This document shows, piece by piece, positions 1-9,921 of a DNA stretch of 64,000 bases. The translations under genes and the position numbers were made by a program. The notes under the pieces were generated by a model that saw nothing but the letters and a program-made list of their open reading frames with translations, did not search any database and was not told where the DNA came from. Source of the stretch: Gemmatimonadota bacterium (GTDB lineage Bacteria > Gemmatimonadota > Gemmatimonadetes > Longimicrobiales > Gaopeijiaceae); assembly GCA_039589315.1 (NCBI GenBank), contig JBDHHQ010000008.1, positions 15,109 to 79,108 on the forward strand. The letters run 5' to 3'. The stretch's first letter is position 1, and every line of letters begins with the position of its first letter.

Positions 1-1
1 C

Positions 2-547
2 ACGCGTAGCCGGGGTGGTGGTCTGACCGCCCTCGATCTCGGCACCGGAACCGGTGCGATCGCCCTGTCATTGCTGCAGGAAGGCCCATTCGACCGCGTC
101 GTCGCCACCGACGTCTCCAGAGACGCCGTGGCACTGGCCCGGGCGAATGCGGAGAGATGCGGGCTCCTGGCTCGCCTCGACCTGCGCGTCGGAGACCTGT
201 GGCAGGTGGTGGCTCGTGACGAGCGGTTCGACGTGGTGGTTTCGAATCCGCCCTATGTATCCACGGGCGAGATGGCTGAGCTCCAACCGGAGGTGGGGGC
301 GTGGGAGCCCCGGGCTGCCCTCGAAGCGGGGGCCCTGGGTCTCGATCACATCGAAGCCCTCGTCGCTGGCGCACCCGCTCACCTTCGGCGGGGGGGGCTG
401 TTGGCCCTCGAGGTTGGCGCCGGCCACGGGCCCGCCGCCGCCGGGCTCGCTGGCGGGGTCGAGGGGCTCGTGGACGTGCGGGTAGACCGAGACCTCGCTG
501 GCCGGGATCGCTACGTGTTCGCGTGGGCGGGAACGGGGGCCGGCTGA
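2..547 (+). CDS. prmC: Release-factor glutamine methyltransferase PrmC/HemK, 5' end cut by window edge
   Basis: The frame is open from the window edge. It has the SAM-binding motif LDLGTGTGAIAL and the catalytic NPPY motif (VVSNPPYV). Confidence 0.85.
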   Translation, partial: TRSRGGGLTALDLGTGTGAIALSLLQEGPFDRVVATDVSRDAVALARANAERCGLLARLDLRVGDLWQVVARDERFDVVVSNPPYVSTGEMAELQPEVGAWEPRAALEAGALGLDHIEALVAGAPAHLRRGGLLALEVGAGHGPAAAGLAGGVEGLVDVRVDRDLAGRDRYVFAWAGTGAG

Positions 548-657
548 CGGGGTCAACAGCGGAACATCGGAACACCGGAACACGGGAACGGGAAGATGGC
601 CAGACCTGTAGACGGTCGGTCGCCGTTCGCTTGCGCATCCGGAAAGGACTCGGAAAC

Positions 658-1014
658 ATGGCGGGACTCACGGATCTGGCCCGACAGCTGGGCCAGGGCC
701 TCGGGCGCACGGACGAGTATCAGGCTCTTCGCCGGGCCGTCCGAGCGGCGGACGACGATCGAGCGCTCGTGGAGGCCAGGAACCGGCTCCTTGAGATCGA
801 GGGACAGATCACGGAGCGGGTACGGGCAGGGCAGGAGCCGGGTGAGGAGCTGGCCCAGGAGTACGAGGCCATGGTGCATCGACTCCAGGCGCTGCCGGGC
901 TACCAGCGGCTCGTGGCGTCTCAGGCCAACTTCGACAAGGTGATGGCTCGCATGAACGAGGCCATCGTCCAGGCAATGGAGGAGGCGGGGGAGAGCCGCA
1001 TCGTGATCCCCTGA
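658..1014 (+). CDS. YlbF/YmcA-like small helical regulator family protein
   Basis: A 118-aa helical protein starting at ATG 658. Its length and heptad-like pattern (EYQALRRA...LLEIEGQI...YQRLVASQANFDKVM) fit the YlbF/YheA family. The assignment is by resemblance only. Confidence 0.5.
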   Translation: MAGLTDLARQLGQGLGRTDEYQALRRAVRAADDDRALVEARNRLLEIEGQITERVRAGQEPGEELAQEYEAMVHRLQALPGYQRLVASQANFDKVMARMNEAIVQAMEEAGESRIVIP

Positions 1015-1038
1015 TCACTCGCACGCCAGGGGGAAGCC

Positions 1039-1734
1039 GTGGCGTTCAATCTGAAGGTCCTACAACAGCCGATGTACCGGATCATCGAGCCGGTCACGAA
1101 GTGGCTCGTGCGGAATCAGGTGCATCCGAACGTGATCACCACCTTCGGGTTCGCGGCGACCGTGGCGTCTGGGTACTTCTATCACCAGGACCACGTCCGC
1201 GTGGCCGGCTTCCTGGTCCTGTTCGGGGGCCTGTTCGACATGTTCGACGGCCGAGTCGCCCGTATCAGCGGGTTGGCTTCCAAATTCGGAGCCTTCTATG
1301 ACTCGGTGCTCGATCGGATGAGCGAGGTGGCCATGTACCTGGGCCTCCTCTCGCTCTACACGAAGTACCAGAGCGGACCCATGGACCTGGTCATGATCTA
1401 CGTGATCATGCTCGCGGCCGCCGGGTCCATCATGGTCAGCTACACCCGGGCCAGGGCCGAGGGCCTCGGACTCGACTGCAGCGTGGGCCTCATGCAGCGG
1501 CCGGAACGGGTCGTGGCCCTCGGAGCCGCGTCCCTGTTCTTCGGGCTCATGTGGGACGGGCTGGTCTTGACCGCAGTAATCGTGATCGTCGCCGTCCTCA
1601 CCAACATCACGGTGGTGCAGCGGATGGTCTGGGTACACAAGAGAGCCACCGGCATTCCGCTGGATGATGTGGACACGGAGACCACGGTCCAGTCCGACAT
1701 CCCGGTGGCCACCAAACCTGCGAGGAATCCGTGA
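1039..1734 (+). CDS. CDP-alcohol phosphatidyltransferase (candidate phosphatidylinositol-phosphate synthase)
   Basis: It has an exact D-x2-D-G-x2-A-R-x8-G-x3-D-x3-D motif (DMFDGRVARISGLASKFGAFYDSVLD) and is multi-TM. It starts at GTG, and its stop overlaps the start of the inositol-phosphate synthase gene (GTGA at 1731). Confidence 0.85.
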   Translation: MAFNLKVLQQPMYRIIEPVTKWLVRNQVHPNVITTFGFAATVASGYFYHQDHVRVAGFLVLFGGLFDMFDGRVARISGLASKFGAFYDSVLDRMSEVAMYLGLLSLYTKYQSGPMDLVMIYVIMLAAAGSIMVSYTRARAEGLGLDCSVGLMQRPERVVALGAASLFFGLMWDGLVLTAVIVIVAVLTNITVVQRMVWVHKRATGIPLDDVDTETTVQSDIPVATKPARNP

Positions 1735-3044
1735 CAGAGAACCGCGATATTCAGTCGGTCGCTGGCAAGCTCGGTGTCCTGCTCCCGGGATTCGGGGCGG
1801 TCGCCACGACCGTCGTTTCCGGTGTTGAAGCCGCCCGCCAGGGCATCGCAAAGCCGTTCGGCAGCCTGACGCAGATGAGCACCATCCGCCTGGGCAAGAG
1901 AACCGACAACCGGGCCCCCCTGATCCGGGACTTCGTGCCCATCGTCGAGCTGGACCAGCTCGTGTTCGGCACGTGGGATCCGATCCCCGACAACGGTTAT
2001 CAGTCGGCCCGCAACGCAGGTGTCCTGCGCCCCGAGCATCTGGAGCCCATCAAGGGCTTCCTCGAGGGAATCTCACCGATGCCGGCGGTGTTCGACCCGG
2101 CCTACGTGAAGAAGCTCGACGGCCCCAACAAGAAGTCGGGTGCGAACAAGCGAGAGTTGGCCGAGGCGATCCGGGAGGACATCCGCACCTTCAAGGCCGA
2201 GAACGACTGTGACCGCCTGGTCATGGTCTGGTGTGGATCGACCGAGGTGTTCCTTCGGCCCGGCGCCGCCCACGAGACGCTCGAGGCCTTCGAGGCGGCC
2301 ATGGAGGCGAACGACGAGTCGATCGCTCCCAGCATGCTGTACGCATACGCCGCCATCATGGAAGGCGTCCCCTACGCCAACGGTGCGCCGAACCTCTCGG
2401 CCGACATCCCTGCGCTGGAACAGTTGGCCGTCGACCGGGGCGTACCCATCGCCGGCAAGGACTTCAAGACCGGTCAGACCCTCATGAAGACGATTCTGGC
2501 TCCGGGCTTCAAGACGCGCATGCTCGGGCTCAGCGGGTGGTTCAGCACGAACATCCTGGGCAACCGGGACGGAGAGGTCCTGGACGATCCGGCGAGCTTC
2601 AAGACCAAGGAGGAGTCGAAGCTCGGCGCTCTCGAGCACATCCTTCAGCCCGAGATGTACCCCGACCTCTACGGCGACATGTACCACAAGGTACGGATCA
2701 ACTACTACCCGCCACGGGGAGACAACAAGGAGGGGTGGGACAACATCGACATCTTCGGATGGATGGGCTACCACATGCAGATCAAGGTGGATTTCCTGTG
2801 CCGGGACTCGATCCTGGCCGCGCCCATCGTCCTGGATCTGGCCATCTTCCTTGACCTCGCCGGACGTGCGGGCATGAAGGGCATCCAGGAGTGGCTCTCA
2901 TTCTACTTCAAGGCGCCGCAAACGGCGCCGGGACTCTATCCCGAGCACGACATCTTCATCCAGCACTGGAAGCTGAAGAACACGCTGCGGTGGCTCATGG
3001 GTGAAGAGCAGATCACCCACCTGGGACGGGAGTACTACGACTGA
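1731..3044 (+). CDS. ino1: myo-Inositol-1-phosphate (inositol-3-phosphate) synthase
   Basis: A 437-aa protein with typical bacterial/archaeal MIPS blocks (PYANGAPN, GLSGWFSTNILGNRDG, CRDSILAAPIVLDL). Confidence 0.85.
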   Translation: MTENRDIQSVAGKLGVLLPGFGAVATTVVSGVEAARQGIAKPFGSLTQMSTIRLGKRTDNRAPLIRDFVPIVELDQLVFGTWDPIPDNGYQSARNAGVLRPEHLEPIKGFLEGISPMPAVFDPAYVKKLDGPNKKSGANKRELAEAIREDIRTFKAENDCDRLVMVWCGSTEVFLRPGAAHETLEAFEAAMEANDESIAPSMLYAYAAIMEGVPYANGAPNLSADIPALEQLAVDRGVPIAGKDFKTGQTLMKTILAPGFKTRMLGLSGWFSTNILGNRDGEVLDDPASFKTKEESKLGALEHILQPEMYPDLYGDMYHKVRINYYPPRGDNKEGWDNIDIFGWMGYHMQIKVDFLCRDSILAAPIVLDLAIFLDLAGRAGMKGIQEWLSFYFKAPQTAPGLYPEHDIFIQHWKLKNTLRWLMGEEQITHLGREYYD

Positions 3045-3174
3045 CGTGGGGGCGCCGTCACAGCGCAGCGCGACCGCTGCACCGCCGGGCTAGCGGGGTG
3101 CCCGTGTCGTGGAGTCGCCGCCGCAGGACCCTGGCTTACCGGCGCCGTTTGACGGACGGCGCCGGCCCACCGGC

Positions 3175-3822
3175 ATGAAGCGGAGACCCTTCATCGTCCT
3201 GGAAGGCATCGAGGGCTCGGGCAAGAGCTCCCAGATGCGCATGCTGGCCGATTGGCTGGATGATCTGGGCGTCCCGCACCTGACCACCCGCGAGCCGGGG
3301 GGCACCGCGGTGGGGGAGCGGATCCGCCAGACGGTGCTCCACGGCACCGAACTGTCGATTCCTCCGGAGTCGGAGCTCCTGCTCATCCTGGCCGCCCGCG
3401 CCGCGTTCGTGCAGGAGGTGGTGCGGCCGGCGTTGGAACGCGGTACGTGCGTGATCTCGGACCGGTTCTCCTGGTCCACCTTCGCGTATCAGGGGTACGG
3501 CCGCGGGCTGCCCCTTCCGGAGGTCCGCACGATGAACGAGTTCGCCACGGGAGGGCTGACGCCGGACCTGTATCTCGTCCTGGACGTCACGGTGGAGGAG
3601 GGTCTGGCCAGGCAGGACAGAGCGGGAAAGGTGGCCGACCGGTTCGAGGGCGAAGGCCGGGCGTTCCTCGATCGGGTGCGGGCCGGTTACCTGGCCCTGC
3701 TCGATGGAGACAGTCGGGGTCTGTCCGTGGATGGATCCGGGGAGGCCGACGAGGTACAGCGACGGATCCGCGCTCTCCTGGCCGGGCGCTTTCCCGAAAC
3801 ATTCTCCGCTGGTAGGGTTTAG
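3175..3822 (+). CDS. tmk: Thymidylate kinase
   Basis: It has the P-loop FIVLEGIEGSGKSSQ, a DRF motif region (ISDRFSWST) and the expected length. I chose the ATG at 3175 over the longer ORF. Confidence 0.9.
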   Translation: MKRRPFIVLEGIEGSGKSSQMRMLADWLDDLGVPHLTTREPGGTAVGERIRQTVLHGTELSIPPESELLLILAARAAFVQEVVRPALERGTCVISDRFSWSTFAYQGYGRGLPLPEVRTMNEFATGGLTPDLYLVLDVTVEEGLARQDRAGKVADRFEGEGRAFLDRVRAGYLALLDGDSRGLSVDGSGEADEVQRRIRALLAGRFPETFSAGRV

Positions 3823-3859
3823 GATCCGTGCATACGGTTCTTGATGGAGGTGAGATGCG

Positions 3860-5560
3860 GTGAGGCGTTCGGTTCTGGCTCCTGCGGCGGTGATCCTGGT
3901 CGCCGTGTTCTCGGGTGGGTGGTTTCTGCAGCAGGGCGTCGAGCAGCAGCAGAACGTCTACTCACAGGTGCGCCTCCTCGAAGAGGTGGTGGATCATGTT
4001 TCGGCGCGGTTCGTCGATCCTGTCGATCGATCGGGGCTGTACGACTCGGCCATCGAGGGCATACTCCGCGACCTCGGCGACCCGAATACCTCGTTTCTCC
4101 CCGCTCAGGCCTACGAGAACCTCCGGATCCGTACGGAGGGCGAGTACGGCGGCGTCGGACTGGAGATCACCGAGCGTAACGGCTTGATTACGGTGGTGAC
4201 GCCTCTACCGGGCACGCCGGGGACGCGGGCCGGCATGCGAGCCGGCGACGCCATCGTGGAGGTTGAGGGCGAGAGCACCGATGGATGGTCGGTGGACGAC
4301 GCGGTGGACCGGCTGCGGGGTCGACCCGGGACCGACGTCTCGGTCACGGTGCGCAGACCCGGCGTGGACGCCCCCATCCCGTTCACCGTGACTCGGGCCG
4401 TGATCGAGCTCTTGTCCGTTCCCTTCGCGGTCGAGGTGGCGGAGGGAATCGCATACGTCCCGCTGCAGATGGTCAGCGAAAGCTCCTCCCGGGAGATCCG
4501 CGCCGCCATCAGCTCGCTGGAGGAGGACGGTCTGAAGGGCCTCGTCCTTGACCTCCGCGGCAACCCCGGCGGCCTCCTCGACGAGGGGGTGGCCATCTCG
4601 GACCTCTTCCTGGATCCGGGCGACGCCATCGTCGAGACGCGGGGCCGGAGCGCGGGGCAAAACGAGACCTTCTCAGCCACCCGGCCGCAGAGCTACGCCG
4701 AGCTCCCGGTGGTCGTCCTGGTGGACGAGCGGAGCGCCAGCGCGTCGGAGATCGTGGCGGGTGCCCTGCAGGACCACGACCGGGCCCTGGTCATCGGCGC
4801 CACGAGCTACGGCAAGGGCTCCGTGCAGACCCTCTATCAGCTCCACGGCGGGAACGTTCTCAAGCTGACCACGGCCCGGTGGTTCACGCCGTCCGGCCGC
4901 TCGATCCAGATGGCGCCGGAAGATCGGGACTCCCGCGTGCGGCGAGCCACGATCGCTCTGGACGGCTCTCCTGTGGAGCGGCAGAACGGGATCGAGCGCC
5001 CTCCCTTCCAGACCTTCGGGGGGCGGGTCGTGTACGGCGGCGGTGGCATCACGCCCGACTTGATCGTGGTCCCCGACACGCTCACCGCGGATGAGTCTGA
5101 GGCTGTTCGCACGCTCTACCGGGGGGCGGGGACGTTCAACGTCGCCCTCTTCGACTTCGCCGTGAAGTACCTGCAGGAGCAGCCGGAGCTCCAGCCCGGC
5201 TTCGAGCTCACGACCAGGGACATGGACGGGTTCTACGCGTCTCTGATCGAGCAGGGGCTGGAGGTCGACCGAGAGGTCTTCGACGCGGCGGGACGGTACG
5301 TGATGTATCACGTAGGCCGAGAGATCGCGCTGCAGCAGTGGGGTGACGAGGGCCAGTTCCGACAGGTGATGGCGCTCGACCTCCAGCTGGGCCGAGCCGT
5401 GGAGCTCCTGGAAGAGGCCGACACGCCGCGGGGGCTGTTCACGCTCGCCGGCAGCAGCTTCGATGCCGCCTCCCCGGCCAGCCCGGTCGGTAGCGACGGC
5501 GTGACGCCCGAGGCCCACGCGGCAGGGGAGCCCGCGACCGACGACCCCGGGAGAGAGTGA
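3860..5560 (+). CDS. Carboxy-terminal processing protease (S41 family) with PDZ domain and N-terminal membrane anchor
   Basis: It has the GNPGGLL and SASASEI S41 motifs, a PDZ-like segment (GTPGTRAGMRAGDAIVEVEG) and a hydrophobic N terminus (VLAPAAVILVAVF). Confidence 0.85.
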   Translation: MRRSVLAPAAVILVAVFSGGWFLQQGVEQQQNVYSQVRLLEEVVDHVSARFVDPVDRSGLYDSAIEGILRDLGDPNTSFLPAQAYENLRIRTEGEYGGVGLEITERNGLITVVTPLPGTPGTRAGMRAGDAIVEVEGESTDGWSVDDAVDRLRGRPGTDVSVTVRRPGVDAPIPFTVTRAVIELLSVPFAVEVAEGIAYVPLQMVSESSSREIRAAISSLEEDGLKGLVLDLRGNPGGLLDEGVAISDLFLDPGDAIVETRGRSAGQNETFSATRPQSYAELPVVVLVDERSASASEIVAGALQDHDRALVIGATSYGKGSVQTLYQLHGGNVLKLTTARWFTPSGRSIQMAPEDRDSRVRRATIALDGSPVERQNGIERPPFQTFGGRVVYGGGGITPDLIVVPDTLTADESEAVRTLYRGAGTFNVALFDFAVKYLQEQPELQPGFELTTRDMDGFYASLIEQGLEVDREVFDAAGRYVMYHVGREIALQQWGDEGQFRQVMALDLQLGRAVELLEEADTPRGLFTLAGSSFDAASPASPVGSDGVTPEAHAAGEPATDDPGRE

Positions 5561-5782
5561 CGTCGCGGCACCCGAGGCCTCCGACACCGGTGCCCCACCC
5601 CTCGACGTCGCATGCGCCGCCCTCGCCAGCTCCGGGGGGCGGCGCTCTTGCTTCCGCCGGACGGGCGCGTGGGCGGGTCCCTCGCGAGGCGTCCCACTCC
5701 GCCATTCGATGGGCCGCCGCGTTCCAGCAGATTCCCGGAGAGCTTCGATCGCGCCCAGCCCAGCCGCCTCCCGGACCGGGTC

Positions 5783-6412
5783 ATGACCGCCGTGCACAGT
5801 GACCGCGGCGCTCTTGCCCCGCCGGAGCGCGCAGTCGTGCGGTTGAGCGCCGCCCTGGCGACCCGGTCGGCGGAGGCAGTTCGCGCCGAGCTCGAAGCGG
5901 CCGCAGAGGACGCAGACCCCGTGCACGTGGAGGAGACGCTGCTGCAGAGCTACCTGTTCCTGGGCTACCCGGTTGCGTTGAACGCCTTTCGCGATTGGCG
6001 CCAGTTGTCGGACCGTGTGGCGCCACCCGCGGCCGCCGAGGATCCGGCGCAGTGGGAGGCCCGGGGCCACGCGGTATGCCGCGTCGTGTATGGGGGGCAG
6101 TACGCCCGTCTCAAAGCGAATGTCCGGCGCCTCCACCCGAACATGGAACGCTGGATGATCGCTGAAGGGTACGGCAAAGTCCTGGGTCGGCCAGAGATGG
6201 CGCTGGAGCTTCGGGAGCTTTGTATCGTCGCGCTGCTGGCGGTGCTGGAGGCTCCGCGTCAGCTCTACTCCCACCTGCGTGGTGCGTTTCACGCAGGCGC
6301 CACCCCCCAGCGGATCGAGGCCACGCTGGCCGAGGCCCGCTCCATCGGAGCCCCGTCGGCGGCCCGAGAGGCGCGGGAGGTGTGGCGCGCGGTGCAGGAC
6401 CGGAAGCGGTAG
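5783..6412 (+). CDS. Carboxymuconolactone decarboxylase (AhpD-like) family protein
   Basis: Two CMD-like helical repeats (LLQSYLFLGYPVALNAF and ELCIVALLAVLEAPRQLYSHL). The start at 5783 is chosen to avoid an Arg/Pro-rich low-complexity extension. Confidence 0.5.
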   Translation: MTAVHSDRGALAPPERAVVRLSAALATRSAEAVRAELEAAAEDADPVHVEETLLQSYLFLGYPVALNAFRDWRQLSDRVAPPAAAEDPAQWEARGHAVCRVVYGGQYARLKANVRRLHPNMERWMIAEGYGKVLGRPEMALELRELCIVALLAVLEAPRQLYSHLRGAFHAGATPQRIEATLAEARSIGAPSAAREAREVWRAVQDRKR

Positions 6413-6426
6413 AGGGGACGGGGTCC

Positions 6427-7452
6427 ATGTTCGTCGACCGTGCAGTCATCGAGGTGAAGGCGGGCACCGGAGGCTCCGGAGCGGAGGCGTTCCGCCGAGA
6501 GAAGGGCGTGCCGCGGGGCGGGCCTTCCGGCGGTGACGGTGGGAAGGGCGGGGACGTGATCCTGGTCGCGGATCCTCAGCTCACCACGCTCCTGGACTAC
6601 AGCTATCGCCGTCACTACAAGGCGCCCCGCGGCAAGCACGGCGAGGGGAAGAACAAGACTGGTCGAGCCGGAGAGGACCTGGAGCTCCGCGTGCCGCCGG
6701 GCACGATCGCTCGGGACCTGGACAGCGACGTCGAGTTGGGCGAACTGGTGGCGCCAGGGGCTCGTCTAGTCGTCGCCCACGGTGGCCGGGGAGGACGGGG
6801 GAACGCTCGGTTCGCGTCGGCGACCCACCAGGCACCACGACGGTGGGAGCCGGGTGAGGAGGGCGAGGAGCGGCGCGTGGAGCTGGTCGTGAAGCTCATC
6901 GCCGACGTCGGGCTGGTCGGTGAGCCCAATGCCGGGAAATCCACGCTCCTCGCGGCCGTCTCCGGTGCCCACCCGAAGATCGCCGACTATCCCTTCACGA
7001 CGCTGGCCCCCCACCTGGGCGTTGTGGGACTCTCCGACTTCCGGTCGTTCGTCATTGCCGACATCCCCGGCATCATCGAGGGCGCCCACGAGGGCAAGGG
7101 CCTCGGCCTGCAGTTCCTGCAACACGTCGAGCGCACCAGGACCCTGGCCATCCTCGTGCCAGTGGATTCGTCGGACCCGCAGGCCGAGTACGACCTGCTC
7201 CGTGAGGAGCTGTACAGCTATTCCCCCGCGCTGGCCGAGCGGCCCCACTGTCTGGTGGTCTCCAAGGCCGACCTCGTGGCGTCGGGCGATCCCATGCCGG
7301 TCATAGAGGCACCCTCGGCGTGGGGGACGTTCGCCATCTCCTCCGCCACACGGACGGGGCTCTCGGAGCTGCTGGAGGCGCTGTGGCTCAGGGTCAGGGA
7401 GGAGACCGACCCGGAGGAAGAGCGCTCCAGCCACGGATGGACGCCTCCGTGA
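6427..7452 (+). CDS. obg: GTPase Obg/CgtA
   Basis: It has the Gly-rich Obg fold (MFVDRAVIEVKAGTGGSGAEAFRREK...GGDGGKGGDV), the G1 motif GEPNAGKST and a G3 DIPG motif. Confidence 0.95.
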   Translation: MFVDRAVIEVKAGTGGSGAEAFRREKGVPRGGPSGGDGGKGGDVILVADPQLTTLLDYSYRRHYKAPRGKHGEGKNKTGRAGEDLELRVPPGTIARDLDSDVELGELVAPGARLVVAHGGRGGRGNARFASATHQAPRRWEPGEEGEERRVELVVKLIADVGLVGEPNAGKSTLLAAVSGAHPKIADYPFTTLAPHLGVVGLSDFRSFVIADIPGIIEGAHEGKGLGLQFLQHVERTRTLAILVPVDSSDPQAEYDLLREELYSYSPALAERPHCLVVSKADLVASGDPMPVIEAPSAWGTFAISSATRTGLSELLEALWLRVREETDPEEERSSHGWTPP

Positions 7453-8591
7453 AGCCCGAGGTTCCACCCGCGGAGCGGCCCACCCCCACGCCGGAGCTCA
7501 CCGCCCTCCTCACCCTCAAGGCGGTGGAGGGCGTCGGAGACCGGACAGTGCGACGGCTGGTGGAGCGGTTCGGCACGGCGCAGGCCGCGCTGTCCGCCTC
7601 CCCGGCCAGCTTCGCCGCGGTGGCAGGTCCGGCCGCGGCCCAGAGTAGGGCCGACCCCGAGGCGCGCCGCCGGGCGACGGAGGCCCTCGGCCGCATGGAC
7701 CAGGCTGGACTGGACGTACTCACGCTGCACGACCCGGACTTCCCGATCGCCCTCGAGGCGTTGCACGATCCTCCCGCACTTCTCTTCACCGCCGGTCGGA
7801 GGGAGCTGCTCAACCGTCCGGCCGTGGCCATCGTGGGAGCGCGGCGGGCCACTGAGGCCGGGCGGAGCACCGCGGCCGGGCTCGCGGGCCACGTGGCGCG
7901 GGCGGGGGTGACGGTCGTCAGCGGCATGGCCCTGGGCATCGACGCTGCCGCCCACCGGGGAGCGCTGGCCGCCGGGGGCGATACGATCGCGGTGTTGGGG
8001 AGCGGAGCCGACCGACCGTCCCCACGAACGAACGTCCGCCTCTACCGGGCCATCCGCGAGCGGGGCCTCGTCCTTTCGGAGTTCCCCCCGGGGGATCGGC
8101 CACGGCCCCACCACTTTCCCAAGCGCAACCGCCTCATGGCGGCGTTGGCCCGGGCCGTCGTGGTTGTGGAGGCGGCCGAGCGCAGCGGAGCCCTCATCAC
8201 CGTGGACCACGCCCTCGACCTCGGGCGGGAGGTGTTCGCGGTGCCCGGCTCGATGGTGAGCCGCCAGAGCCGGGGGACCAACGCCTTGATCCGGGAGGGC
8301 GCTCGGATCCTCGTGGAGCCCGAACAGCTCCTGGAGGAGCTCGGCATCGGCCCATCGTGCCTCGCACCGGGGTCATCGGCCGGCCCGCCGCACCACCTGG
8401 GAACCGGGGTTGCTGGGCTGTGGACGGCCCTCACGGAATCGCCCACCCACGTGGACCAGGTCGCCGACCGGGCCGGGGTCCAGGTCGAGCGCGCCCTCGC
8501 GCTGCTCTCGACCCTGGAGCTCGAGGGGCTGGCCGTGCAGCGTCCGGGCATGCGCTTTGCCCGCGCCGTTCCCGGAGCGCGGGTATCGTGA
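7437..8591 (+). CDS. dprA: DNA-processing protein DprA (Smf)
   Basis: It has a Rossmann-like DprA core (VAIVGARRAT...VVSGMALGIDAAAHRGAL...FPKRNRLMAAL). It overlaps the obg 3' end by 16 nt. Confidence 0.85.
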   Translation: MDASVKPEVPPAERPTPTPELTALLTLKAVEGVGDRTVRRLVERFGTAQAALSASPASFAAVAGPAAAQSRADPEARRRATEALGRMDQAGLDVLTLHDPDFPIALEALHDPPALLFTAGRRELLNRPAVAIVGARRATEAGRSTAAGLAGHVARAGVTVVSGMALGIDAAAHRGALAAGGDTIAVLGSGADRPSPRTNVRLYRAIRERGLVLSEFPPGDRPRPHHFPKRNRLMAALARAVVVVEAAERSGALITVDHALDLGREVFAVPGSMVSRQSRGTNALIREGARILVEPEQLLEELGIGPSCLAPGSSAGPPHHLGTGVAGLWTALTESPTHVDQVADRAGVQVERALALLSTLELEGLAVQRPGMRFARAVPGARVS

Positions 8592-9886
8592 GCGAATCTC
8601 GAGAGGGCGTTGGTCCGACCTCCGAGGTCAGAGACGCCGAGGGTACCGCCCACGAGGCCAGTCACACCGGGTCGGTGCGCTCGATCTACGTGCACGCCCC
8701 CTTTTGCGCTCGCCGGTGCCCCTACTGCGACTTCGCCGTGACGGTGGCGCGCGCCCCTCGACTGGCGCCCTGGATCGAGGCCTTGGAAGGGGAGTGGGCG
8801 GCGCTCGAGCGGGAAGGGCTCTTCTCCGTGGCCGAGTCCCTCGACTCCCTCTACGTCGGTGGCGGCACGCCTTCCCTGCTCGGTCCGGACGCCATGCAGG
8901 CCATCGCCCGGGTGCTGGATCCTCGACGCCTCGTCTCCCCGGGGCTGGAATGGACTGCCGAAGCGAACCCCGAGAGCTTCACGGTGGCGGTGGGGCGAGG
9001 GTGGAGCCGCGCCGGGGTGAATCGCCTCAGCCTCGGCGTGCAGAGCTTCGATCCGAGGGCGCTGGCCTGGATGGGACGGCTCCATGGCGCGGAGGGAGCG
9101 GCTGGAGCCGTGGCCACCGCCCGGTCCGCCGGCATCACCAACGTGAGCATCGACCTGATGTTCGGCCTCCCGCCGGGCCTCCGGCAGAATTGGTCCGAGG
9201 AGCTGGATCGGACCATGGCGCTGGAACCTCCTCACGTGAGCCTGTACGGACTCAGCGTCGAAGCGCGAACGCCTCTCGGCCGGGCCGTGGCGGAGGGTCG
9301 AGAGGTGGTAGCGGACGAAGGTCAGTACCGGGAGGAGTACCTGGAGGCGGCCGCGCGACTCACGACAGCGGGGTACCAGCATTATGAGGTGTCCAACTTC
9401 GCGCTGCCCGGGTTCTCCTCACGCCACAACATGGCCTACTGGGTAGGTGCCTCCTACCTGGGGCTCGGGAATGGCGCCCACAGCTATCTGAGCCCCATCC
9501 GGCGATGGAACCTCCGCGACTGGGTAGATTATCAAACCAAGGCGCAGAGCGGGCAGCTACCGGTCGAGGATCGGGAGGAGCTGTCGGCCCAAGCGGCCCG
9601 TTTGGAGGGTGTCTGGCTCGGCCTTCGCACCCGGGAGGGATTGGACGCGGGCTCCCTGCGGCCACCGGGTCGCCGGTTGTGGCACGGGTGGATCCGCGAG
9701 GGCCTCGCTCGGCCACACCCGTCGCGGGTGCAGCTCACCGCGGAGGGCTGGCTGCTGCTGGACCGCCTCGCCGTGGAGATGGACGAGGCCTACGGGTCGG
9801 GAGCGGCACTCGAGAGCCCGGAGACCGAGCGGCTGCAGGGCCCTCCGAGCCGGCATGTCGAAGTGGGGCGCGTTCGCCGGGATTGA
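8588..9886 (+). CDS. hemW: Radical SAM heme chaperone HemW / oxygen-independent coproporphyrinogen oxidase-like
   Basis: It has the CxxxCxxC cluster motif (HAPFCARRCPYCDF) and a HemN_C-like tail. There is a GTGA overlap with the dprA stop. Confidence 0.85.
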   Translation: MSESREGVGPTSEVRDAEGTAHEASHTGSVRSIYVHAPFCARRCPYCDFAVTVARAPRLAPWIEALEGEWAALEREGLFSVAESLDSLYVGGGTPSLLGPDAMQAIARVLDPRRLVSPGLEWTAEANPESFTVAVGRGWSRAGVNRLSLGVQSFDPRALAWMGRLHGAEGAAGAVATARSAGITNVSIDLMFGLPPGLRQNWSEELDRTMALEPPHVSLYGLSVEARTPLGRAVAEGREVVADEGQYREEYLEAAARLTTAGYQHYEVSNFALPGFSSRHNMAYWVGASYLGLGNGAHSYLSPIRRWNLRDWVDYQTKAQSGQLPVEDREELSAQAARLEGVWLGLRTREGLDAGSLRPPGRRLWHGWIREGLARPHPSRVQLTAEGWLLLDRLAVEMDEAYGSGAALESPETERLQGPPSRHVEVGRVRRD

Positions 9887-9891
9887 CGGCA

Positions 9892-9907
9892 GGGCGCGCG
9901 TTCCGGG
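9892..9907 (+). promoter_or_regulatory. 16-nt motif GGGCGCGCGTTCCGGG upstream of hrcA, also present upstream of dnaJ
   Basis: The identical 16-mer occurs at 9892-9907 (15 nt before the hrcA ATG) and at 11087-11102 (18 nt before the dnaJ ATG). A degenerate copy lies at about 9865-9880. Confidence 0.4.
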
Positions 9908-9921
9908 ATCTTCTTGGGGTC

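Noticed and set aside
4673-6292. Very long antisense or alternative-frame ORFs throughout the track. Examples are 4673-6292(-), 12400-14397(-), 16586-18781(-), 24088-25830(-), 26611-28215(-), 30829-32682(-), 37113-38858(-) and 48382-49722(-), plus the + strand out-of-frame ORFs.
   Set aside because: They overlap genes with unambiguous family motifs on the other strand or frame. Their translations are Arg/Pro/Gly-rich low-complexity sequence, typical of shadow ORFs in roughly 70% GC DNA.
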